From: Candidatus Gottesmanbacteria bacterium
Lineage (GTDB): Bacteria > Patescibacteriota > Microgenomatia > UBA10105 > UBA927
Assembly (NCBI GenBank): GCA_963714095.1
Contig: OY970230.1
Coordinates: 895,907 to 959,906 of the forward strand
Length of the DNA: 64,000 nucleotides
Direction of reading: 5' to 3'
Notes under the pieces: generated by a model
The model's input: only the letters and a program-made list of their open reading frames with translations
The model's database searches: none
What the model was told of the DNA's origin: nothing
Made by a program: the position numbers and the translations under genes
Shown here: in pieces, positions 41,800-50,401 of the stretch
How positions within the stretch are numbered: the stretch's first letter is position 1
Layout of the letters: the number at the start of each line of letters is the position of its first letter

Positions 41800-41872
41800 C
41801 GGCGCGGTGGCGAAGTGGTAACGCGGGAGTCTGCAAAACTTCTATTGCAAGGGTTCGATTCCCTTCCGCGCC
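41800..41872 (+). tRNA. tRNA-Cys (anticodon GCA).
   Basis: Acceptor GGCGCGG/CCGCGCC, anticodon loop CUGCAAA, T-loop GGTTCGATTCC. Confidence 0.85.
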
Positions 41873-41888
41873 TCAGAGGAAAGAATAT

Positions 41889-42086
41889 ATGGCAGTAAAA
41901 ATTGAAACCGATAAGAGTAATTCTAGAAGAGTAGGGAACATGGTTTTACGTGATGCATGGTTAGCGCTTGTCAAGAATGCGCTTTATAATGGTGGCGTTT
42001 CTTCTGGTGAACGGTCGAAGCTGGACCCTCACATGTTAAAGTCAGTAATAAGTAAAATTATAACGAATACTGATGGTGATCATTAA
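41889..42086 (+). CDS. Small hypothetical protein (65 aa).
   Basis: Good RBS (GAGGAAAG) 7 nt upstream of the ATG. Confidence 0.35.
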   Translation: MAVKIETDKSNSRRVGNMVLRDAWLALVKNALYNGGVSSGERSKLDPHMLKSVISKIITNTDGDH

Positions 42087-42096
42087 GAATAAAATA

Positions 42097-42168
42097 GGGC
42101 GGCTAGTTCATCGGTAGAACGCTTTCCTGATAAGAAAGAGGTGCATGGTCCGACTCCATGGCCGCCCA
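42097..42168 (+). tRNA. tRNA-Ile (anticodon GAU). Its 3' portion forms the attachment site of an integrated element.
   Basis: Acceptor GGGCGGC/GCCGCCC, anticodon loop CUGAUAA. Unusual T-loop UCCGACU. Confidence 0.8.
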
Positions 42169-42171
42169 CAA
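42105..42171 (+). repeat. attL: the 3' part of tRNA-Ile (direct repeat copy 1).
   Basis: Identical 67-mer to 49453-49519. Confidence 0.8.
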
Positions 42172-42274
42172 AAAAGACTGTTAGAACGCTTCAAACCTTC
42201 TTCTTTGGGTACTATATTTAATAGCACTACAACGACGAAAAAACTCCATTTTTGACAGATAGAGGGGTTTCGTC

Positions 42275-43282
42275 ATGCAGAGAGAAGTACTAGAAAAATA
42301 CATTGCGGAATGGTTAGAAGACTATTCAAAGGAAGCCGGTTTATCTCATCAGACCGTATTAAATAAGACTTCTAGCATGAAGCGGTTTCTGTTGTTTGTT
42401 GGGGATAGAAAGGTCACAGTTCCCATTATCCGTGAGTATCTTTCCTGGTTGCGTGAGCGGCTGATGCTTTCCTCGGTGCGATGTGAGATAAAGAATCTGA
42501 GAGCCCTGTCATGCTTTTTGGTAAAAAGAAGGTACATAAAGCAGGAAGACGATTGGTCCGATCAAATCAGTATGCCAAAATACATAAAACAACCACTGCA
42601 AGTACCTGACCAAATAACAATGGAACGAATCATTATTGAGGGGACAACCCCGCAAAAGGGTGAAAATAATCGTTGTCAAAAGGCGAAAAGTGAAACGAAA
42701 GACGCACTCATGTTTTGTTTACGCCATGGTTTGCGCTCCGAGGAGCTGCGAAGTTTGGAGACGTCACAGGTATCACTTGATAGCGATACGCCAACCTTTT
42801 CGTTTAAGAGGAAAGGCGGCAAAGTGATGACGCTACCTATTACAAAAGATATGGTTCCGATGCTTAAAGAGCGTTGTAGTGCTCCTAGACGGCTTATTTT
42901 TACGGTTTCGGAGAAGACACTGAACACCGCACTGCAACGGGGAGCCGAGAGGTTGCATATAACCGAACCGGTCCACTGCCATACGCTCCGGCACTGTTTC
43001 GCCACGGAATTATTGAGGAAAGGTGTACCGATTGAGCAAGTAAGCGCTATGCTTGGTCATAGCAACATTCAACTGACGTATTCCTATTACCAGCACTTGC
43101 TTCCAAATGATTTTTCACTCCACATGGCAAAGCAGACCATAGTGAGGGAGCGCATGCCAACTGCGACTATTTTTGAGACCGTTATAAAAGCTGTAGAATC
43201 AACAGGGGTTACAAAAGATGCCCGATTTCAACATTTAATTAAACAAGAGGGGAAAACTTTGGTTATTCAGATTTCTGTGTGA
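42275..43282 (+). CDS. int: Tyrosine-type site-specific recombinase/integrase.
   Basis: Conserved catalytic boxes. An Arg in LRHGLRSEELRSL, HxxR in HTLRHCFATELL, and a catalytic Tyr in LGHSNIQLTYSYY. Confidence 0.85.
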   Translation: MQREVLEKYIAEWLEDYSKEAGLSHQTVLNKTSSMKRFLLFVGDRKVTVPIIREYLSWLRERLMLSSVRCEIKNLRALSCFLVKRRYIKQEDDWSDQISMPKYIKQPLQVPDQITMERIIIEGTTPQKGENNRCQKAKSETKDALMFCLRHGLRSEELRSLETSQVSLDSDTPTFSFKRKGGKVMTLPITKDMVPMLKERCSAPRRLIFTVSEKTLNTALQRGAERLHITEPVHCHTLRHCFATELLRKGVPIEQVSAMLGHSNIQLTYSYYQHLLPNDFSLHMAKQTIVRERMPTATIFETVIKAVESTGVTKDARFQHLIKQEGKTLVIQISV

Positions 43283-43332
43283 GAGTAAAACTCCATTTTT
43301 ATCTTTCCATCTTTTTAAGTTTAAATTCAGAG

Positions 43333-43671
43333 CTATTTTTCTAAAATTTTTTTAATAATTGCCTCTATCCCTTTTGTAATATTATTTGATATGACACAGA
43401 GATGTCCAAATAAACCCATTGCAAAAATAATAAATAATCCAAAATCACTAATATCTAAAAGTTTACCCTTTAATAACAACGGCCACCTAACGCGTATAAA
43501 GTAATACCCGACTAATCCGGCAAATAGGAAGTTTACAATATCGTTCCAGAATTCAACAAAGTTAAGTTGCCAAGACCAGCCTTTACGACTGGGAGCAATG
43601 CTAGCAAATTTTATATAGCCCAAAATAATACTCGCTAAAAATACTAAACTTAAAATAACAAAATTATTCAT
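43333..43671 (-). CDS. Small 3-TM membrane protein (island cargo).
   Basis: Hydrophobic ORF. 8-nt overlap with the upstream gene. Confidence 0.4.
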   Translation of the reverse strand: MNNFVILSLVFLASIILGYIKFASIAPSRKGWSWQLNFVEFWNDIVNFLFAGLVGYYFIRVRWPLLLKGKLLDISDFGLFIIFAMGLFGHLCVISNNITKGIEAIIKKILEK

Positions 43672-44245
43672 AAGTTTGATGATGGGAATGTTGTAAACTT
43701 TTGAAGTAGTTGTTTAGCGATGATTGCCGAACTTCTTGATTATTTGTATTACTATTTGATCCTCGTGTTGTAAATAGTAAACGGCACCCAATGATGACTA
43801 AGAGTATGAGAGCGATACAAAAACTGATTTCTTGTATATACAGGGGTACAGTAGTAGATGAACCGGGAACTGGGCCAAGCGCTTCAACTTCGCGATTTGC
43901 TTTATTAAATTGTTTACTAGAATCAGACCATATAGATTCTCTTTTACTTGAATCTCTGGATATTTTTACGAAATAATCGCTATCAAATAGTAGCTGAATT
44001 AAACCACTTAATATAGAAAAAAGAAATAATAGCCAGCTCGCCAAAAGTAATATTTTATCTGATTGACTTAATTGAATATTTAATACGATGACAGAGGCAG
44101 ATAATGGTAAAATTACTGACGATAGGGCGAGAAGTTGCCGAATGATTTCTGATTGTCGTTGGTTAGCAAGTTCAATCCAAAATAATGCTGCTCGTTGTGC
44201 TGCATCTTTGTTCCTTTGTCTCAAAGTTTCATCATCTTGCGCCAT
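43664..44245 (-). CDS. 4-TM membrane protein with a charged N-terminal helix (island cargo).
   Basis: Hydrophobic ORF, translationally coupled to 43333..43671. Confidence 0.4.
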   Translation of the reverse strand: MAQDDETLRQRNKDAAQRAALFWIELANQRQSEIIRQLLALSSVILPLSASVIVLNIQLSQSDKILLLASWLLFLFSILSGLIQLLFDSDYFVKISRDSSKRESIWSDSSKQFNKANREVEALGPVPGSSTTVPLYIQEISFCIALILLVIIGCRLLFTTRGSNSNTNNQEVRQSSLNNYFKSLQHSHHQTYE

Positions 44246-44480
44246 TATTTTTTACCTTTATTAGTTGGCAGTAAGGGTTTTATTGAGTGACTTTCATTTG
44301 TTTTATCTTGTGTTATCGGTGCTGAATAACCTTTTTTGTCCTGTATAGTAGGCGCTGTGAATCCTTTTTTGAAGTCTGACAGTTGTGTTATTGTTTTGTT
44401 CATATAGTAGCTTTGCATAAGAGTCTAGCATTTTATATATATTCAAGCAACCATATAGAGTAACGAGTATAATTTGGCGT

Positions 44481-45851
44481 ATGACAAATTGTTATTATAA
44501 AAACGTAATAGACTATTTTGGATCTTCTTGGTTTGATTCTGCTTGGAAAGAATTTCGGGAAATAAGAAATAAGTTTTCAAATGATTCGTTTAGTAGTGAA
44601 ATCACTAAACTTGAATTAAGTTTACACCCGTTACATAGAGACATATTTACATGGCAAGATTTATCTAAAGGTTATTTAGATTTTGATAAAATACCCCAGA
44701 AAAGTGCATCGGATTTTAATTTATCTCATCTCGGACGTGATTTGGAATTATTGTCAGAAGAGATAAAACAACGGGGTTCACATATAAAACATGATCTTTT
44801 AGATCCAGTTGCCTACGAAAATCATAGATTTACTTTATTAGTTGCGGCGGGGTATAAAAAACTTGGTTTTACGGTTGAATTTGTTCCAGCGTCATCGTCA
44901 AAAGGGAAAACGCCGGATTTACTTGTTAATGATACTTATTTCATTGAGTGTAAGCAAAGAAACCAACAAAGTTCGGACGATTCAAGATATAGATTTTTTG
45001 GTGAGCTAGTTGAGACATATTTTGGAATATTACGAGTAAAAGGCATAAATAATTATTTTTTAAATATAGAGGATAATGGCTCTGTAGAATCGCATAAAAA
45101 TATTATTGATACGATCATAAGAAGAAAGATTTTTAGGAATCAAACTATACCCAACACAAAAAATACAAGAGTGTCTCTTACAAGAGCGACTGATTTTCCT
45201 GATTTAATAAAAATATTGAAAGAATTCGGTCATTTTCTAAAAGCCCCAGTTTTTACGAGAACAGAAGATGCTTTTATAGCTTCGGATCCGAAACTAATGA
45301 ATCTATTTATGCTTAATAAAAATATTAACGTCGCCGAGCTCTCAAAAAGTGTTTTTAGCCTGCTAACTGATGCTGACAGTAAAGACAAAAAGAATAAAAA
45401 GCTAATTGTATATATTGACTTGGGTAGGGCTCCAAGCGAATGGATAGCTAATCTGGCAGATTATCTTTATAAAGGGGTGGGAGTTCATGCTTATAAAAAT
45501 ATAGATGCATTTGTAGTTTGCAGGACGCCCATTCTTTATACTGAATCACGGACTGAAATAAGGCCAAACTTTAATATAATCGGTCATACTTCACGTCTTG
45601 GGGATACACCGGATAAATTGAATCTTTTTGGATTTCAAGGACATACAGGAATGGATGGATATTTTATTGACGGATTTTTGAACCCCATTATCACGACTAC
45701 GAGTGGTAGCAAGTATATAGAGTGTCATAACTGTGGCTTTAGACTTGAAGGCATTGCGACGAATTTAGGCAACGGCGAACAATTATCTGAGGCCAATATG
45801 CCATGCCCAAAATGTTCTCATGCAATGGATATGACAATAAAAGAAACGTAA
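44481..45851 (+). CDS. Hypothetical 456-aa protein with a PD-(D/E)xK nuclease-like motif and a C-terminal C4 zinc ribbon (island cargo).
   Basis: …ENHRFTLLVAAGYKKLGFTVEFVP…TPDLLVNDTYFIECKQ (E…PD…ExK spacing). C-terminal CHNCG…CPKCSH. Confidence 0.5.
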   Translation: MTNCYYKNVIDYFGSSWFDSAWKEFREIRNKFSNDSFSSEITKLELSLHPLHRDIFTWQDLSKGYLDFDKIPQKSASDFNLSHLGRDLELLSEEIKQRGSHIKHDLLDPVAYENHRFTLLVAAGYKKLGFTVEFVPASSSKGKTPDLLVNDTYFIECKQRNQQSSDDSRYRFFGELVETYFGILRVKGINNYFLNIEDNGSVESHKNIIDTIIRRKIFRNQTIPNTKNTRVSLTRATDFPDLIKILKEFGHFLKAPVFTRTEDAFIASDPKLMNLFMLNKNINVAELSKSVFSLLTDADSKDKKNKKLIVYIDLGRAPSEWIANLADYLYKGVGVHAYKNIDAFVVCRTPILYTESRTEIRPNFNIIGHTSRLGDTPDKLNLFGFQGHTGMDGYFIDGFLNPIITTTSGSKYIECHNCGFRLEGIATNLGNGEQLSEANMPCPKCSHAMDMTIKET

Positions 45852-46034
45852 GGAGTTGTTATCTTAAATAATCGTTTAGACCTGTAAAACTAAAGTAATG
45901 CAGTTATAGGGTCTAAGCTGAAATTTAACCTGAAGCTAAAATTATAACTAGACGTCGCACCTCGTTTATTGTGCGACTAATAATACTAAGACGTTTCACG
46001 CTTATCTATTTGTTCACAGTAGTATAATAACGAC

Positions 46035-46874
46035 ATGATCTACAAGGTTCGTTCTGCTACTCGGAAAGAATTGGATACGGCGATTGGTTGGGCGGCAAAG
46101 GAAGGGTGGAATCCAGGGTTATACGACGCTGATGCGTTCTTCGCAACGGACCCTAAAGGGTACTTCATGGGATTTCTCGGAAACACTCCGATTGCTTCGC
46201 TTTCCGCGGTATCCTACGGACCCGATTTTGGTTTTCTCGGGTTCTATATCGTCAAACCGGAATATCGGGGCAAGGGATACGGCTGGAAACTTTGGCAGAC
46301 GGCCCTCAAACACCTGAAAACGCAGAATATCGGTCTTGATGGTGTCGTAGCGCAACAAGAAAATTACAAAAGATCAGGGTTTACTCGTGCATACGCAAAT
46401 ATCCGCCATGAGGGAACGGGTGGAAATACCTCGCCGAAGTCAATCTGCATAGTCCCTTTGGCAAGGGTACCGTTTAATATTCTTCTCGCCTATGACCGAC
46501 AGATGTTCCCGGCCAAGCGAGCGGCATTTCTCAAACTTTGGATTAACCAGCCGAAAAGTCTAGCGCTCGGGTATATGAAAAACGGGAAACTACTTGGATA
46601 CGGCATGGTGCGACCCTGTAAGGTGGGTTACAAAGTAGGCCCGCTGTTTGCGGACAATGAAAATATTGCTGATGAACTTTTTCAGCAGTTCCGCGCATTC
46701 ACAGGAAAAGAAAAAATCTATCTGGACGTGCCGGAGGTAAACAAGAACGCGCTTGCTCTTGCCAAAAAGTATTCTATGAAGCCGATGTTTGAAACTGCCC
46801 GCATGTACACGAAGGCAATCCCTAAGGTAGCGCTCAATAAAATCTTTGGTGTTACGACGTTTGAGGTGGGATAA
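46035..46874 (+). CDS. GNAT-family N-acetyltransferase (two-lobed, 279 aa).
   Basis: Acetyl-CoA binding motif FYIVKPEYRGKGYGWKLWQ. Confidence 0.7.
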   Translation: MIYKVRSATRKELDTAIGWAAKEGWNPGLYDADAFFATDPKGYFMGFLGNTPIASLSAVSYGPDFGFLGFYIVKPEYRGKGYGWKLWQTALKHLKTQNIGLDGVVAQQENYKRSGFTRAYANIRHEGTGGNTSPKSICIVPLARVPFNILLAYDRQMFPAKRAAFLKLWINQPKSLALGYMKNGKLLGYGMVRPCKVGYKVGPLFADNENIADELFQQFRAFTGKEKIYLDVPEVNKNALALAKKYSMKPMFETARMYTKAIPKVALNKIFGVTTFEVG

Positions 46875-47241
46875 ATTGGGGGGAAGGGCGGCCGTAAATA
46901 TTCTACTCATAGCCTCGCACGCGGAGGGTTAAAACCTGTTAATTATTTACTCGCGATAATTCCCGCATAATATTATTTCTGATGCACCAGTATAGCAAAA
47001 ATATAATTGATTCCTCAAATAACCACCTACATGGTTAAGAGGCGAGGCTGTATGTCTTCTACTACCCCCTGTGGTTTAATAGGAGTCTTCAACAGTAATG
47101 GAATAGCTACTGTTGAGGCTATGAATTTTTAGATAATATGTACCAGCCCCCGAATGTTCCACCACGGAATTGGTCGCGTTGCCCGTACTCGTGGCAAATT
47201 CTAACCCTGATCGGTAGCCGTTTACCGTTTGAGGTTGAATG

Positions 47242-47766
47242 CTAAATACACCTAAGACCAGAACGCGATCGGTCAGTCGCGACGTAGTTTATTCTCCATT
47301 GCGCCCCTCGTATATCAAAGCTGCTTGTAGACGAATCTCCATTGCTTCCAGAGATTGTAAAAACGGTATGCCATGCAGCTGGAGCCGTCGGTGATTGGGC
47401 GGTTGGGTATATTTTTTTAGTTGGAAAATATTGAAAATAATCAATGGTCGGAGTTGCATGTTTCTGTTGTAAAAATTCTTCTACGGTCATTGATTTTATT
47501 GGCTCCGTTTGGGGAGTGGCTATTCTCCCAACATAAATTAACACTGAAAAAATAAGAACCAGATAAAAAATGGACAATGATGCCTTTATGGAACTATCAG
47601 CTTTCACTCGTTTATCCCACAACCAGTAGTTGGGAAGTGTGTAGACGAAGATAATGAATAATAAAATGAGTGCTGCGTGAAAATTCCCAGTATATCCAAT
47701 AACAAGTAATGGTATGGCACATAACACTATGGCTAAACTGATGATGATTTTTTGTATTTTTGTCAT
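47242..47766 (-). CDS. Membrane protein (2-3 TM) with a Ser/Thr-rich extracellular tail (island cargo).
   Basis: Hydrophobic ORF. Confidence 0.4.
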   Translation of the reverse strand: MTKIQKIIISLAIVLCAIPLLVIGYTGNFHAALILLFIIFVYTLPNYWLWDKRVKADSSIKASLSIFYLVLIFSVLIYVGRIATPQTEPIKSMTVEEFLQQKHATPTIDYFQYFPTKKIYPTAQSPTAPAAWHTVFTISGSNGDSSTSSFDIRGAQWRINYVATDRSRSGLRCI

Positions 47767-48062
47767 AGCTTAAATACAGAAAATATGAAAGACAGAATGG
47801 TAAGAAATATATAAATACCACCAATAAAAATAGCGAAGAATACTGCCGTACTAATAATAATTCTCACAATTGCTAAAAGTAATTCAGTTGTCCAATGTTT
47901 TGAGGGAATCTTTTTTAATAAAGTAGTAACTTTTTGCCATATAAAAGACCACAGTCTCTTGAATTGTTTAAATAACATGTAGCTAAATATGTTCGGCATA
48001 CAAAAAACTCCCGTCAGCGGTAGGTTTCCCCACCTGCAAGAGTTTCCCCTTACAGCCGACAA
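47763..48062 (-). CDS. Small 2-TM membrane protein, translationally coupled to 47242..47766.
   Basis: 4-nt overlap (ATGA). Confidence 0.35.
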   Translation of the reverse strand: MSAVRGNSCRWGNLPLTGVFCMPNIFSYMLFKQFKRLWSFIWQKVTTLLKKIPSKHWTTELLLAIVRIIISTAVFFAIFIGGIYIFLTILSFIFSVFKL

Positions 48063-48194
48063 AGGCGCTCTGACGAGAGTTATCTGCCTTTGTCGGTCTT
48101 CTTTGCCATGCCCGGCATATTTGCCGGGTTTAGGCTATTAAATTGTAGGTCCATTTTATACCTGACAACACAGGTGTGCAAACGCAAAAAATGC

Positions 48195-48223
48195 TTGACA
48201 CGAGACGTCGTAAAAAGTAAAAT
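48195..48223 (+). promoter_or_regulatory. Consensus sigma70-type promoter (TTGACA-17 bp-TAAAAT) upstream of the island's Zn-finger/HTH genes.
   Basis: cTTGACAcgagacgtcgtaaaaagTAAAATt. It is preceded by a 12-bp perfect inverted repeat (GCCGACAAAGGC…GCCTTTGTCGG) at ~48114-48158. Confidence 0.5.
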
Positions 48224-48436
48224 TTAAGTAGAATATCGTTTGGAAACGGTAAGTTCAATTTGAACAATCCGTGGGCGTAGAAGCTAGTATACAGCTTAGA
48301 ACAAGCTCTCCGGCCTCAATCGGGTGGAGTCCACTCTAAGATTTGTTAGTTAGCAGAGCCTAAGAATCAAGTTTAATCGGTTGACCACATTGTTGTTAAA
48401 ACTTGTTGGTTGTCTGATTTAACTTGAGTTTTTTTT

Positions 48437-48631
48437 GTGGAAAGACATATGACAGATACAAATTCAACATCAAAATCAATCAAACCTCTTTATACGGCTC
48501 AGAAGTGTCCTGTATGTAACGGATGGGGTACGGTTTCCTATCAACGAGTAACTTGCCATGCGTGTAACGGGAAAGGATACCTACTCATTCCTGTAATGAA
48601 AGACAGAAAGACAGAATATGATGGAACATAA
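48437..48631 (+). CDS. Small zinc-finger protein (CxxCxGxG x2, DnaJ-type zinc-finger-like).
   Basis: CPVCNGWG…CHACNGKG. Confidence 0.45.
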   Translation: MERHMTDTNSTSKSIKPLYTAQKCPVCNGWGTVSYQRVTCHACNGKGYLLIPVMKDRKTEYDGT

Positions 48632-49370
48632 AATAAACTTCAGCATCTTACGTCAGGCGGTACGAGATCCTACGCTAAAACCTATTGATAAAGTAGTTCT
48701 CATGGATTTGCTCTTATATGCTGGGACAACAGATAGGGCATTTCCAAGCGAAGCTACGCTTGCTAAAAATCAAGGAGTCACAGATAGGTACATTAGAGAT
48801 GTTATCGTTCATCTTAAGGACTCTGGATGGATCAGCTGGAAAAAAAATGGATATTCAGTAAGCAATAGGTATAACTTTAATCAAACTCTTTATCCTTGTT
48901 CCGACGGCGCTCACAGGAACTCTGTTTCCTATGATTCCGGAACTCAGACTCCGTTACATTCCGGAATTGCAGTTCCGCCTATACATAGTCAGGAAAGTAA
49001 TCAACATAAAGGTAGTCAAGCACAACAACTTTTTGAAGAAACTTTTAAGACGAAATGCACTCCCACGGAGGCTACCCGCTTACAGGGTCTTACTAGCTCG
49101 TATACGGAAGAATGGGTTGCCGCGGCCATTAAGGAAGCCCTTGGGAAGCATAAGCCATTCGTAACAGTCGGCCTCATTGAGCTTATCTTGTCAGATTGGA
49201 AGCGTGATGGTAAACCGGAGGAAAAACCAAAATTGGTAGCCTGCGGGTTAAATGGATGCAAACATGGCTATATATTTACGGGTAGCAGTTATGTTGAATG
49301 TAATTGCTTATTAGAATATAAAATTAGAGTGCAGAAATGGGAAAAGAGTGATAGGCGAGTGCAGTTTTGA
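48618..49370 (+). CDS. Winged-helix/HTH protein, putative replication-initiation or regulatory protein of the element.
   Basis: N-terminal DKVVLMDLLLYAGTT…ATLAKNQGVTDRYIRDVIVHLKDSGWI is HTH-like. C-terminal Cys cluster. Confidence 0.45.
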   Translation: MMEHKINFSILRQAVRDPTLKPIDKVVLMDLLLYAGTTDRAFPSEATLAKNQGVTDRYIRDVIVHLKDSGWISWKKNGYSVSNRYNFNQTLYPCSDGAHRNSVSYDSGTQTPLHSGIAVPPIHSQESNQHKGSQAQQLFEETFKTKCTPTEATRLQGLTSSYTEEWVAAAIKEALGKHKPFVTVGLIELILSDWKRDGKPEEKPKLVACGLNGCKHGYIFTGSSYVECNCLLEYKIRVQKWEKSDRRVQF

Positions 49371-49452
49371 TTTTTGACCCCTTTTCATTTTATTTAGTCA
49401 GTGGTACATTCTTCATAGAATATAAAAATAGTGGAGTTTAGAGCGTTATAAC

Positions 49453-49519
49453 AGTTCATCGGTAGAACGCTTTCCTGATAAGAAAGAGGTGCATGGTCCG
49501 ACTCCATGGCCGCCCACAA
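49453..49519 (+). repeat. attR: a partial tRNA-Ile 3' copy (direct repeat copy 2) lacking the 5' acceptor strand.
   Basis: Identical to 42105-42171. Preceded by unrelated sequence. Confidence 0.8.
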
Positions 49520-49543
49520 TTATTTATTGTATAATTCTCCATC

Positions 49544-50401
49544 ATGTCTCAATCTCGCGAACGGTTAATTTATCCAAAACTTCCTGGTCAGGGATTACGC
49601 TTTGTGATGGACGAAGTGATCCAGCATGGTGTCTTTCACACTGAACAAATCGGTTCTCAGGAAGGACGTAATCGCGCTGTTGAATTAAATAAACAAGGGT
49701 ATTCACTTATATTACTATGGAGTCACGATTGGATTTATGATGGTTTTGTTGCCGCGGGACAAATTCTTCGAATTCCGGAGTTTCGCAAACATCCTTCCGT
49801 TTTTCCGATAGGATTACATCAATATGAAGAACATAAACGCAGTCTCCATGCAGCAGAGTTTTTAGTTCGGGGGCATCTGGCTCCTATCGTGACAGAAGAC
49901 ACGTTGAAAATTCCAGAATATGTCGAAAGGGGTTGTACATTGAATGACGGATTAAAAGATTATCTTAATCTTGCAGTACCCGCCCTAGCAGCAGGAGGGA
50001 CAGTTGGTGTAGCGCCGCAGGGAGGAAGGGAAGATTATTACGGCGCAACCGCCATCAAACCGGCATTAAGCGTATTGCTTTCTGCCGCTACAAATAACGG
50101 ATTATCCAGGATAGCTATGCTTCCAATGGGCATCGGATTTAAAGAAATTAGTCACCCCGCTGATTACAGTAAATTGCATGATCTTCCATTGGGCACATTT
50201 ACGCCGACAGTTGAATTCGGTCGATGTACCACTCTTGAGGAACTCGGTTTACATCCGGGCATAAAAGGGAAAGAGAGAAAGCTATTATTGGGGAATATAA
50301 ACAACTTTGAGTTTTATGAACTTGCACACGTAGTGCCTGAAGATTATCTGGTCCCAGGATTTGATTTTTTAAAACAACCCGATTTGCTTCGAGGCATCTA
50401 A
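49544..50401 (+). CDS. Acyltransferase (lysophospholipid/glycerol-phosphate acyltransferase family-like).
   Basis: HDWIYD (Hx4D) motif and PQGGR (PEGTR-like) motif. Confidence 0.5.
   Translation: MSQSRERLIYPKLPGQGLRFVMDEVIQHGVFHTEQIGSQEGRNRAVELNKQGYSLILLWSHDWIYDGFVAAGQILRIPEFRKHPSVFPIGLHQYEEHKRSLHAAEFLVRGHLAPIVTEDTLKIPEYVERGCTLNDGLKDYLNLAVPALAAGGTVGVAPQGGREDYYGATAIKPALSVLLSAATNNGLSRIAMLPMGIGFKEISHPADYSKLHDLPLGTFTPTVEFGRCTTLEELGLHPGIKGKERKLLLGNINNFEFYELAHVVPEDYLVPGFDFLKQPDLLRGI

Larger units (their letters stand above)
42105..49519 (+). mobile_element. About 7.4-kb integrative element (genomic island/prophage-like) inserted in the 3' end of tRNA-Ile.
   Basis: 67-bp perfect direct repeat (42105-42171 and 49453-49519) equal to the D-arm-to-3'-end of the tRNA. 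A tyrosine integrase gene is adjacent to the intact tRNA. AT-rich cargo. Confidence 0.75.

Noticed and set aside
38445-42096. Expected 16S-tRNA-Ile-tRNA-Ala-23S operon structure.
   Set aside because: No 23S-like conserved sequence anywhere downstream. The only tRNA-Ile is 3.6 kb away, beyond two protein-coding regions and a tRNA-Cys. The 16S appears unlinked.
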